A stretch of DNA of 63,916 bases, the filler included, from Octopus bimaculoides (lineage: Eukaryota): NCBI RefSeq assembly GCF_001194135.2. It is 9 parts of 9 records of this genome, joined end to end, with 100 filler letters (N's around TTAATTAATTAA, not from the genome) between each part and the next. Parts side by side here need not be neighbours in the genome. Positions count along the whole stretch, not along the records: positions 12,294 to 20,595 come from NC_068981.1; positions 20,696 to 23,490 come from NC_068984.1; positions 23,591 to 33,022 come from NC_068997.1; 6 more parts are not named here. One strand, written 5' to 3'. Numbering within the stretch: position 1 is the stretch's first letter; every line of letters begins with the position of its first letter. Below the pieces are notes generated by a model. It made no database searches, was not told the DNA's origin, and saw nothing but the letters and a program-made list of their open reading frames with translations. Shown here piece after piece: positions 12,880-24,379 of this stretch. Made by a program: the position numbers and the translations under genes.

Positions 12880-13434
12880 ACTACCCCAGGAAGTCATTTA
12901 TTGGCTTCATATGGTTTGAATGCAAGAATTATCTTGTATTGGATAAATTCAATAATAGGTTTCTTACACCATATTCAAACTGAGATCACTGACACATCTT
13001 CTACAATAAATATTTGGACCATGACTAATGTCTTATTATTTCTTGATCTCTTGATCTCACAGTTGAGGTCTTTTTTAGGTTACTTCTCTCTTCCAATTAA
13101 GAATATAGACACCTCAACCAAATCGCTCAATCTACTAAAAGTATCAACCACATCTCCTTCGTGTCAAACTTTACTGTTTTAAAAAGGGAGGAACATGTAG
13201 TTCTAGCAACTCCAAAAGATTGGATAGTCATAGATTGAATGTTTTAGATTGTATATCTATGTAATCAGAGATGATATGGAACTAAGCAACAATATGCTGG
13301 ATTTTCCTCTTTCTCAAAAGTCTTCTTTGCAAGATTTCATGGCATCATAAAATCTCTTGTCACATATTCATTCAATACAGTAACTCTAAATTCTTGAATT
13401 TCCATTGGAACCACCTGGCTCAAATATAGTCTCA
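12880..13434 (-). other. predicted terminal exon (stop codon plus 3' UTR) of the hemopexin-like gene
   Basis: Acceptor ATTTCATTTTCTTCAG ending at 13435, first codon TGA in phase, AATAAA at 12897-12902 on the minus strand. Confidence 0.45.
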
Positions 13435-13528
13435 CTGAAGAAAATGAAATAGCAACCCAATAAAAGTATTGATAAGTAGGTATTCAACAACAAATTTAGT
13501 GTAACTATTATGCAAATACAGAACTTAC

Positions 13529-13782
13529 ATTACATCTAAACAGTGCACTGAGGGAAAATTCACTTGTTACTTTTGAAGGAAAAAGATCATCATTGATAGT
13601 GATGGTGTATAGTCTCCCTTCAGCTATTATGTGGACAATGCTGTTTGGTTGATAAGCAGCAGCACCAATCACCCATGATATAGGTAGAAGCGACAACATT
13701 GGTAAGCTATCAACAGAGACCTTGGTCACACTCACAAAGCTGTCATCCATTGGATTGTATTTGATTTCTTCGTATGTATGTC
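13529..13782 (-). CDS. internal coding exon, divergent hemopexin-like (MMP-type) C-terminal blade
   Basis: Acceptor TTTTATTTTTTAG and donor GTAAGT; 254 nt open, (G)HTYEEIKYNPMDDSFVSV...LLPISWVIGAAAYQPNSIVHIIAEGRLYTI...SLSALFRCN. The IDAA-like motif, G-x-x-Y spacing and terminal Cys resemble hemopexin repeats. Family assignment is by eye. Confidence 0.6.
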
Positions 13783-14099
13783 CTAAAAAATAAAATCATA
13801 TACACGTATTAGAAAAAAAGAAAACATGAAATTAGACATGCAAAACACATGATAGAAAAAGTGTAGAAAGTTTAAATGAAGCAACAATTATCAAGGAGTG
13901 TGTATAATGAAAGGAAATACATGAAAAAAAAAAAAAAAGATATGCAAGTGGATTTAACACTACACATAACCTTTATAAAAGAAAAAGTATTAAAATTAGA
14001 GAAAAAGAAGTGGGAACAATATCAAACTTTCATAATAGCTGTATTCATTGGAAACATAGTTTTAAAAAGAAATAGAGAATGAGTTAGTCAGACAGGTGG

Positions 14100-14290
14100 C
14101 AGCATTTTTGTTAGAGGGGGTAAGTCAATTACATTGACCCAGTGCTCAACTGGTACTTATTTAATCAACTTCAAAAGGATGAAAGGCAAAGCTGACCTTG
14201 GAAGAATTTGAACTCAGACTGTAAAGATGGATAAAATGCCACTAAGCATTTTGCCCAGTATGCTAAGGATTCTACCAGTTTGCCTTATTA
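14100..14290 (-). mobile_element. SINE family B
   Basis: Reverse complement of the family B consensus seen in other copies. Confidence 0.8.
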
Positions 14291-14329
14291 TCATCATTAT
14301 TATTGTTATTGTTGTTGTTGTTATTATTA

Positions 14330-14627
14330 TTATTATTGTTCAGTAGTTTTATTTTTGTAACGTGCTTTCACTTCACTACCGAGTGCAGCTCTGTGTGCCT
14401 TGGGTATGTGCTATGGTTTGCTGTGGTGCTCTTATGGTTACTGTATTGAAAGTGTTTTGCGTAGGATGTGTGCAGTGCCCAGTAGTGCAATTTTCTGTAT
14501 GTTATATATATTTGTAAGTCCTGGTGTTTTTGTTATGTATTAGTCTGAATATTTTTTATTATACCTAAGGCAGCTACTATAATAGGAATTGTTTCTGTTT
14601 TTAGATTCCACATTCGAGTTACCTCTA

Positions 14628-14632
<5 letters not shown>
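14330..14632 (-). mobile_element. R4/Dong-type LINE, 5'-truncated 3' end
   Basis: IEVTRMWNLK C-terminus and 3' UTR homologous to 15300-15600; (TAA)n on both sides. Confidence 0.8.
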
Positions 14633-14665
<33 letters not shown>

Positions 14666-14667
<2 letters not shown>

Positions 14668-14880
14668 GGTGGTGAATTGGCAGAATCATCAGAATGTCGG
14701 GCAAAATGCTTAGTAGCATTTCATCTGTCTTTACATTCTTAGTCCAAATTCCGCCAAGGTCGACTTTACCTTTCATCCTTTCGGAGTCGACGAGATAAGT
14801 ACCAGTCATTCATTGGAGTCAATGTAGTCGACTTACTCTCTCCTGCCAAATTTCATGCCTTGGGCCTATAATAGAAAAGA
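14666..14880 (+). mobile_element. SINE family B
   Basis: Homology to other copies. Confidence 0.85.
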
Positions 14881-14899
14881 TTATTATTATTATCATTAA

Positions 14900-15125
14900 T
14901 TAAGGCTGGCAGAATCATTAGCATGCCAAGTGAAATGCTTAGCAGCATTTCGTCTGTCTTTATGCTCTGAGTTCAAATTCCACTGAGGTCGACTTTGCAT
15001 TTCATCCTTTCGGGGGCGATAAATTAAGTACCAGTGAAACACCAGAATCGATGTAACTGACTAATCCCCTCCCGTAAAATTTCAGGCCTCGTGCCTTTAG
15101 TAGAAAGGATTATTATTATTATTAT
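14900..15125 (+). mobile_element. SINE family B
   Basis: Homology to other copies; ends in (ATT)n. Confidence 0.85.
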
Positions 15126-15129
15126 TATT

Positions 15130-15297
15130 ATTATTTTTATCCTTATTTTTATTATTATATGGAAACTCACAGTTTGTTTCACTGGGTATGATGAAAAGTG
15201 TCAGTTGTCCACAGCCAACAGATTAAGGTGACACCTGTTTACTGGTTATGCTTCAAGAACACTGGGAAGAATTCTTGCAGTTCCAAGCAATGCTGTA
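15130..15297 (-). mobile_element. 3' end of a second R4/Dong-like family
   Basis: Minus strand encodes TALLGTARILPSVLEA then stop, typical of R4-clade C-termini, followed by a different 3' UTR. Confidence 0.6.
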
Positions 15298-15299
15298 TT

Positions 15300-17030
15300 A
15301 TTATTATTCAGTAGTCTTATTTTTATAATGTGCTTTTACTGCACTACCGAACGCAGCTCTGTGTGCCTTGGGTATGTGCTGTATTTTATTGTGATGCTCC
15401 TATAGTTATTGCATTGAAAGTGGTTTATGTAAGATGTGTGCGGTGACTAGTAGTGCTATTTTCTGTATGTTATATACATTTGTTAGTCCTAGTGCTTTTG
15501 TTATGTAATTGTCTGAATATTTTTTCATCATACCTAATGCATCCACTATGATAGGAATTGTTTCCGTTTTTAGACTCCACATTCAAGTTACCTCTATTTC
15601 CAGGTAACGTTGTCATCTGTTGGTATTGATACATCAATTAGAAAGCATTTTTTTTCTTCATGATCTCTGACAACTATATCTGGCCTATTGGCATTAATCT
15701 CTCTATCTGTGTGTATTGGCATATCCCATAGTATTGTTGCTTTCTCATTTTCTGTGACCTTTTCTGGCGTGTGCCTATACCATCTTTTTTCTGTTGTTAT
15801 TCCATAGTGTTGGCATAGCTTCCAGTGTGTGTAGGTCCCAACTCTGTCATGTCTGTGAATATATTCCTTCTTAGTCAGGACTGGGCAGCCATAGACAATA
15901 TGATTTATTGTTTCTTGTTCATCTCCACATATTCTGCAGTTACTTGTTATGTTTCTTTTCATAATATGTTTTTTATACTTTCTGGTGGGGAGGCTTTGGT
16001 CTTGTGTTGCAATGAAAAATCCTTCAGTCTCTGCTTTGAGTCCTGAGCTTCTCAGCCATTGTTGGGATTTTGCTTTGTCTATTTCTTTTGCATTTAGTTT
16101 ATCCCAGCATTTGCCATGAATGGGCTTTTCTTGCCATTGTTTTATCATGATCTGTTGCTGTTCTAGTTTTAGTTTGGATTTCATTTGTTTTACAGCTTTT
16201 GTTATTTCTTCTTTTTCTTCAAAGTTGTTAGGTAGTATGACTTCTTATTTGTATTTGTCAACTTTCTTAAAAACTGAAAACAGATTTTTGTTTTGTTCGT
16301 GTTTTGTGGCTATTTGTATTAATTTTCCTTGTTTCTGATGTAGGTTTTTGTAGTTGTATGACAATTGTTTTGTAATAGTTTTCTAGCTGTATAAGGCCTC
16401 TACCACCTTCTATACATTGTACATATAACCTTTCTATATCAGATTTTGGGTGGTGTATCCTAAATCCTGTCATTATTTTTCTTGTTTTCCCATCTATTTT
16501 GATTAGTTCATTTAGTGTCCAGTTAAGGATATTGTAGCTGTAATTATAACTGGGACGGCTAAAGTGTTGATACCTACTATCTTATTGTTCGCATTGAGCT
16601 CTGTTTTCAGTATTAATCTAACTAGTCTATAGTATCCTTTTTTATTTTCTCTTTCATTTGTGTGTGCTGTATAGTATCTAGTTCATTGATTCCCAAATAT
16701 TTGTATGTCTGGTTTTGGTCTAATTCTCTTATTTCATTTGCTTTATCTTGTGTGATGTTGCTACTCTTAACTAGTTTGCCTCTTTTCAAGATTGCTTTGG
16801 CACATTTTTCTAAGCCAAATTTCATATTTATTTCTTTGGTAAATCCATGTAATGTCTGTAATAATGTTTCCAGCTGTTTATCATTTGTAGCATATAGTTT
16901 TAGGTCATCCATATGTCTAGGTGATACATCTAGAGAATATATAGCGGACTTACTAAACATTAAATCCTCAGACAAAGATTCAAAAATTATTATGTTGCTA
17001 CTTGGAAGGAGTTAATATTTAGAGTTTGTT
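15300..17030 (-). mobile_element. R4/Dong-clade non-LTR retrotransposon (RT, CCHC, restriction-like endonuclease), 5'-truncated and decayed
   Basis: HMDDLKLYA RT motif, CRICGDEQETINHIVYGC zinc knuckle, RHD and NRPDIVV...FLIDVSIP endonuclease motifs, (AAT)n tail. Confidence 0.92.
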
Positions 17031-17184
17031 AATTTATAAGGAGTATAGACAGATAGGGGAGGAAAGGGATAGAAAGGAGGAAATGATAATNNNNNNNNNN
17101 NNNNNNNNNNNNNNNNNNNNNNNNNNNNNNNNNNNNNNNNNNNNTATATAAGCAATGTTAATTCTCTAAATAACCCTGAAACCC

Positions 17185-17345
17185 GGGTCCGTTCGTGCTA
17201 CAGATCATGATGGGAGGGATAACTTCCCTTGGCAAACAGGACACAGTAGTGTGTCGATAAGCCAGCTGGAGGAGATGTCCTCCTGGGGCTAAAAGCAACA
17301 GTAACATCCACCCCTAGGGGTCAGCCACACTTAAGTGGCAATATA
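17185..17345 (+). mobile_element. small element related to the 11390-11640 hammerhead element, core decayed
   Basis: Shares CGTGCTAC, CCTnGGGCTAAA and TTAAGTnGGCA blocks with the minus strand of 11390-11640. Confidence 0.55.
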
Positions 17346-18184
17346 CTACACTATATATATATATATATATATTATCATTTCCTCTTTTCTACCCCTTTCC
17401 TCCCACTATCTGTCTATACTTCTTCCGGTCATTTCAAAATGTAACCACATGTGAATTGTTGGTGATTTTCTTCTTCTGTCTTCCTTCAGAAGAGCGTTGC
17501 TCAAAACATTAAACCAGCTTTCTTTCCTTCTCTGAGTGTCTGCTAATACTTTACATGTACCATGTCCTTGCATTATTTTTGTGTTTGTTCCTTTTCTTTT
17601 TTGGGATTTACTATATATATATATAATTAGAGAGTGAAAGAGAGAGAGAAACAGACAAATAGATAGTTAGATAGAGAGATACATAGGTAGATAGTTAACT
17701 AGAGATTGATAAATAGATAGATAGATAGAGAAAGAGTAAAAGATATTTTTTTTAGGTATACCCGAAATAGGACACCCAAAATAAAAGAAATTATGAGGGG
17801 TTATATGGGATGTTTAAAGCAGAATTCAGTGAAATTTTGAATGGCTTGTATTATATACAAATAGCAAATGAAGTTGTAGACATATTCCCAATAAACAATG
17901 TTTGCCAATTAGAAATTAATTAAAAAACCAAAAGAAACAAATTCGTTCTTACACACATACACACAAACTGCACTCTGAACATGGAAACTTCCCTCTGGGA
18001 AAGTCTCAGTATAAAAGAGGTCATTGCACACGTGTTACTGGAAGTCCGTAGTAAATGTATTATTTTAAATATATATGGTATTATATGTGTATATGTATAT
18101 ATATATATATTGTATTTTGGGATGGTCATTTTTTTTCCCCAGAGAATGGACTAAGTGGAGCAGGAGTACACATAAAGATGAAAA

Positions 18185-18229
18185 GTGTTGCTGAAGAGGT
18201 CACAGATGTGTGATGAAAGATTTCCGGAC
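18185..18229 (+). ncRNA. minimal type I hammerhead fold, decayed (same family as 33421-33465)
   Basis: GTGTTG-CTGAAGA-G-GTCACA GATG TGTGAT-GAAA-GATT-TC-CGGAC. Confidence 0.65.
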
Positions 18230-18244
18230 AATGGACATTGTATC

Positions 18245-18415
18245 TACCGCCGTTAATTTTTGACCAACAGGATGAAAACTTCTTCAGCAATGGGATCCAA
18301 ACTTTGCAACATCAATGGAAGAAGTGTGTAGACTGCAACTTGGGTTTATGCTGAAAAACAAACGTCATTTGGTCACATTCCATGAGGGAATTTTGGTCAG
18401 CCTATAAACTTATCA
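18245..18415 (+). mobile_element. mariner 3' end
   Basis: DENFFSNGIQTLQHQWKKCVDC C-terminal motif followed by TIR-like sequence. Confidence 0.8.
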
Positions 18416-18531
18416 ATCGATCCTTGCATTCATTGCATGACCAACCTCAAAAGTCACTGCACACCACTGATCTGCATATATACATATGTATATATACATA
18501 TGTGTATATACATATGTATATATATGTATTG

Positions 18532-18573
<42 letters not shown>

Positions 18574-19319
18574 NNNNNNNNNNNNNNNNNNNNNNNNNNN
18601 NNNNNNNNNNNNNNNNNNNNNNNNNNNNNNNNNNNNNNNNNNNNNNNNNNNNNNNNNNNNNNNNNNNNNNNNNNNNNNNNNNNNNNNNNNNNNNNNNNNN
18701 NNNNNNNNNNNNNNNNNNNNNNNNNNNNNNNNNNNNNNNNNNNNNNNNNNNNNNNNNNNNNNNNNNNNNNNNNNNNNNNNNNNNNNNNNNNNNNNNNNNN
18801 NNNNNNNNNNNNNNNNNNNNNNNNNNNNNNNNNNNNNNNNNNNNNNNNNNNNNNNNNNNNNNNNNNNNNNNNNNNNNNNNNNNNNNNNNNNNNNNNNNNN
18901 NNNNNNNNNNNNNNNNNNNNNNNNNNNNNNNNNNNNNNNNNNNNNNNNNNNNNNNNNNNNNNNNNNNNNNNNNNNNNNNNNNNNNNNNNNNNNNNNNNNN
19001 NNNNNNNNNNNNNNNNNNNNNNNNNNNNNNNNNNNNNNNNNNNNNNNNNNNNNNNNNNNNNNNNNNNNNNNNNNNNNNNNNNNNNNNNNNNNNNNNNNNN
19101 NNNNNNNNNNNNNNNNNNNNNNNNNNNNNNNNNNNNNNNNNNNNNNNNNNNNNNNNNNNNNNNNNNNNNNNNNNNNNNNNNNNNNNNNNNNNNNNNNNNN
19201 NNNNNNNNNNNNNNNNNNNNNNNNNNNNNNNNNNNNNNNNNNNNNNNNNNNNNNNNNNNNNNNNNNNNNNNNNNNNNNNNNNNNNNNNNNNNNNNNNNNN
19301 NNNNNNNNNNNNNNNNNNN

Positions 19320-19376
<57 letters not shown>

Positions 19377-19502
19377 TTATATATACATATGTATGTATAT
19401 ATGTGTATGTATATATATGTATATAATATATGTGTATGTATATATATATATATATATATATGTACTGAACTCTATTATTTCCTTTTATTTAACTCTCCCA
19501 TA

Positions 19503-19554
19503 TAATCTCTGATGATGAGATATCTTTTATATCCCTGAAACAGCTGTAAGGCTA
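19503..19554 (+). ncRNA. minimal type I hammerhead fold, partly decayed
   Basis: TAATCT-CTGATGA-T GAGATAT CTTTT ATATCCC T-GAAA-CAGCTG-TA-AGGCTA: palindromic ACAGCTGT stem III, GUA site. Confidence 0.7.
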
Positions 19555-19923
19555 CCTTTCGCTTTATAAATGTCCTAGAAATCTGACACTGCCTTGGCTT
19601 TGTTGTCTCATTCTATTCAGCATATGCATGTATGTATATGTATATATATGTAAAATTTATGATGAATATTCGAAAGGAATATTTTATTGAACTTATATTA
19701 AGTGCTCTATTACTTTGAGCAAATATATATATATAACAATATTCTTAGGAATTCAATATTCGAATTTCTGAAAGAGGTATGTTTTATATGACACAATAAT
19801 CATTTTGAATTATAATTAAAATTTAAAAATATACAAAATATAAATGTATATAAATGTATATAAAATATATGCGTAAGTGAGTGTAAATATAATTCGATTA
19901 AAATATTATGTAAGTTTAAAATG

Positions 19924-20014
19924 CATCTTACGATCGTTTCGCAGATATTCTTGCCTTTATAATGTAATCTAATATAGACAAGCATGTTGGCAATAATTCC
20001 GCTCTTCAGAGATG
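19924..20014 (-). ncRNA. type I hammerhead fold with intact core and extended stem II
   Basis: Minus strand CATCT-CTGAAGA-GCGGA ATTATTGCC (33 nt) GGCAAGAAT A TCTGC-GAAA-CGATCG-TA-AGATG: palindromic ACGATCGT stem III, G10.1-C11.1 pair, GUA site. Confidence 0.8.
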
Positions 20015-20205
20015 TATAAAGTTATTATTATACATGTGAAAACGAATGGTATACATAATAAAGTATGCTATAGGATGATGTTAATTAAAATATTTAAAAA
20101 TATTAAGAATATTAAAAACATATACTGTCCTTTGAGAAATTGTAAATCCAATCCGTCATATAATTTAGAAAATTCATAATTTTCCTTTGTAGATATTTTA
20201 TGATA

Positions 20206-20596
20206 CTAGCAGAAATACCCGGCGTTGCCCGGGTTAAAGAGAATAATGAAATCTAAAAACGCCGTCTAGACTACGCATCGTCTTTATATATAGAGATGTA
20301 TATACACACACGCACCCAAACACGTATATATATGCATATCAATATAAATATATGAAAGTCAATGAAGTTTCGTAAAAGAAGGTGATCATGTACATACTTT
20401 CTTGCTGTTGTGATTATAACACCTCGTTGTAAACAATATTCCTTGTTTTCCCTTGTAGAACATATACAAATAGGTTTTTTTTTGCTGCCCACTCTTGAGC
20501 AGCCAACATACAGTTGTCCATGTGAGAAGCAGGGCTCTTCCAAGAGAAGACCAGCTACAGACAGTGTTTGACCCTGAGATTTGTTTATGGACATGN
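20206..20596 (-). mobile_element. Helitron 3' end with PIF1-family helicase C-terminal fragment
   Basis: MSINKSQGQTL...FSHGQLYVGCSRV helicase motifs; subterminal hairpin ACCCGG/CCGGGT (20217-20234) and CTAG|T terminus at 20206-20209. Confidence 0.92.
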
Positions 20597-20695
20597 NNNN
20601 NNNNNNNNNNNNNNNNNNNNNNNNNNNNNNNNNNNNNNNTTAATTAATTAANNNNNNNNNNNNNNNNNNNNNNNNNNNNNNNNNNNNNNNNNNNN

Positions 20696-20738
<43 letters not shown>

Positions 20739-22289
20739 CTCTGTCTGTGGATGTGTCTATCCTCCGTCAATGCTTGACAACAGTTTGGGAGTGTAATTGC
20801 TGATTCGAAACGTTTACATAACTATATTATTTTCACACTGTACTTATGTATTGATTGTATTATCACGATTTACTATATTATAAAGATTATTCTTGAAACA
20901 ATTAAGAGGCGAATACTTGGAAGGCAGCTACTGAATAGAATGCCTTCACCTGAACGGTTTGTTAAATTTCGCAGCTTTGAAGCTGTATTTAACTCCGGAA
21001 CCGCTGTCCTGATTCAAAGGAAAAAATAATCCCGATAGGTATAAGCCTGTCAACTGTAATCCTCTGGTAATAACTTTGAACAGTGTTTATATAAATCTGC
21101 TCACTGCAATAAATTGTTTCTATGGCTGTAGCAGATAAGGTTAAAATGAATTGCTCTATAATTCTAAGAGATACAATAAAATGTTGACGGATTCTGAACA
21201 GTTTTGTTGCTGTGGTGTCGAAACAACCGAAATTATTTTCACTATTGCTCTGGAAAATATTATCGTTGCATATTCAGTGTCACTTGTGACTCAAGAGACT
21301 TATACACAATATCATTTCACATATGATTTTCAATTTTTTTTTACTGGCCACACATATCTAGAATTATAATAGAAATGTCTTTCTAATTTCGAGAAGGTTT
21401 TGTATAATTTCAGAATAATTTAAGCGCAAATTTAAACAAGTCAAAAGGCTATATAAAGTACGTAGTGTCTCACGATTTGGCACCAGTTGAACCAGAAAAA
21501 AGGAACATTTATTGGCTTTGTTCTACGTATGCAAAATCATAAAATATATCGCAATAACATTATTCAGATTCTCACACTTTTCTCCGTATGCATCACTGCT
21601 GCTTTGAAGATTAGGCAGTAGATAAGATCATCAGCTTGAGCGAGATAAACAGTATATTTAAAACAATGCTTCCGGTGATTGCACTTAACAATTCAAACAA
21701 CGGCCTGCTGCATCAGAAACAGCCTAGGGTTAAAAGATCATTCAACCAATAAAGACAATAAAGAACGTCAAGCAACGTGGTTACTATCTTTATTATTACA
21801 ATAAATAGTGATGTCATATTTATCACCGACATTAATTATAACAACCCTCGCAGTATTCACATTTCACGTTGTTCTTTATATTCCCAATTCAAGATTTCGT
21901 GCTAATCATCTTTGTCAATCTTCGTATTTATCTTCATAATTGTTACAATTAAGTTGATTAGTAATAAGATTATTGACTGTGATGATCTTCATTGTACATC
22001 CTTTCACCAACATTAGCAAAAGCAGAAGCATCACAGTCGCATTCATGATCATGACCACCACCACCAACACACAAATCATCATCATCGTAGCAGTCATGAT
22101 TGTTGACAACATTCACCATCGGCATATTAACGTTGTGGTTAAAGCTGAGAATGACAATAATATATTTATTTGTGATCGTCATTATAGTCATTGACTCTTT
22201 ATTCAATATCATTAATATCGTCGTCTCTATTTTCAACCTTCATAATTTCATAATATTCTTCATCACCCTGTCACGATATTCACCTGTGC

Positions 22290-22399
<110 letters not shown>

Positions 22400-22929
22400 G
22401 AATTAGAATAAAAGTTACTCAGTTTCTAATGAGTATGTCACATAAATTGATTCGATACAAGATTAAATCGAGCAAACAACCAGAGCCTGAATTTCTAAAT
22501 TCTGCTTTCTATTCCTGTTCCCAGTGTGATGGACTGGTAGAAAAAAACTTTCCTGCTCAGAACTACCTTCTCTTAAGCTGGTATTTAAAATTAGACTGAA
22601 GCAAATTGCATTTCGTTAATCCGAGGGCCGATAAATTAAAGTGCTAATCTATTCTTGATACCGATATAACCCGCTATGTTCTAGCAAAAGAATGTTATTG
22701 TCATTATTACAGAGGAGCAAGAAACGATTGAGGATCGGTAAAGAATTCATTGTGGTACTGGATCTGATTTTTACATTTTGAGTTCAAATTTCACAGAGGT
22801 TCACATCAATCTTCATCGTTCTATTCAACTACTGGGTTCGCCGGAATCGATTATCTCCCTCCGCTCAAATTTTTCACCCAAAATCAGAGACAATTATGAA
22901 CATTTAATTATTATTATTAATAGTATTAT

Positions 22930-23165
22930 CAAATGGCTTCAAAGGCGATGATTTAGCAGAATCGATAACACGCTGGGGAAAATGCTTAGCAGCTTTTCGT
23001 CCGTTTTTACGTTCTTGAGTTCAAATAACGCCAGTGTCGATTTTGCCCTTCATCCTTTCGTATTCTGTAAAATAAATATCAGTCGATCATTGCAGTCGAT
23101 GTAGAGCTTAATCCCTCCTTTGAGATTGCTGGCTTTTGCCAAAGTTCGAAAACAAAGGCGGCGCG
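22930..23165 (+). mobile_element. SINE family B, diverged
   Basis: Homology to other copies. Confidence 0.75.
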
Positions 23166-23624
23166 CCGGCAAAATCTCTAGTTATTGCACAAAAAGGTCG
23201 GTTATGTGTCTTAAAGCTTTTTGCATTTTGAGTTCAAATCCTACCCAGACCAAATTACATTTCACCATTCTCTTGACAATAAAATGCAGTACCAATCCAG
23301 TACTCGAGTCAATAATATGCACTAACCCATTTTCCTGGAAATTGATGGAAATGTGCACAGAGCGGAAACACTTTTTTACTAGTGTTTATGTAGGTGCTTA
23401 TCGCTGGTGTTGTAGTGAATCAAGTAAAAGAATAAGAATATAGAATATATAAATATATAAGTATATATAAACATACATACAAAGATATATNNNNNNNNNN
23501 NNNNNNNNNNNNNNNNNNNNNNNNNNNNNNNNNNTTAATTAATTAANNNNNNNNNNNNNNNNNNNNNNNNNNNNNNNNNNNNNNNNNNNNAGATAAAAGC
23601 GAGAGTCAATGGAGGAGAAAATAC

Positions 23625-24379
23625 ACTCCAAACCAACATCAACACCTCCACCGCCACCACCACCACCACCACCACACTATCATCATCATCACCATTACCA
23701 TCAACATCATCATAAACACCATCAGCAATATCAACAACACAACCACAAATATGTCCACCAACCACCCATACCATCAACACTACCACCGCCTCCACCGTTA
23801 ACGAAAGCGTCTCCGCCAACACCACCATCATCATCATAAACAAGAACGCCACCTACAATAATTCAACGATAAATAACACTACTGCCGCCATGTGTAAAAA
23901 GCATCACCATCACCATCATTATTGTCGCCACCTCCATCAGCATCACCGCCAACAACAACGCAACTACAAATGGTACCACCACCACCAACACTAGCACCAC
24001 CACCACCAATACTACCACCACCACTATCAATGACATTACAAACACAAGCACCTCAACACCAATACTACCATCACTACTATCATCATTATTAACATCACCA
24101 AACGACCAAACAACGGCAACACCGCAACCATCTCAAATACCAACACCACCGCCAACACCACGACGTCGACGACCACCGCCACCACCACCACCACCACCAC
24201 CACCACCAACGTTTCCATTATCACCGCCATCACCATCACCATCACCGAAAACAACAACAACAACAGCAACAACAAGAACAACCCAATCATCATCAGAACC
24301 TTTATCACCACCACCACCACCAACAACGACAACAACAACAAAACACAATGCACACCAGCATCACCAACACCACCACCGC
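23625..24379. repeat. mixed trinucleotide low-complexity tract (ACC/ATC/AAC)
   Basis: Directly visible; register shifts often. Confidence 0.9.

Noticed and set aside
19933-20004. 72-nt open minus-strand segment with AG/GTAAGA as a coding exon
   Set aside because: The sequence is better explained by the overlapping hammerhead fold, and its phase does not fit the hemopexin exon.
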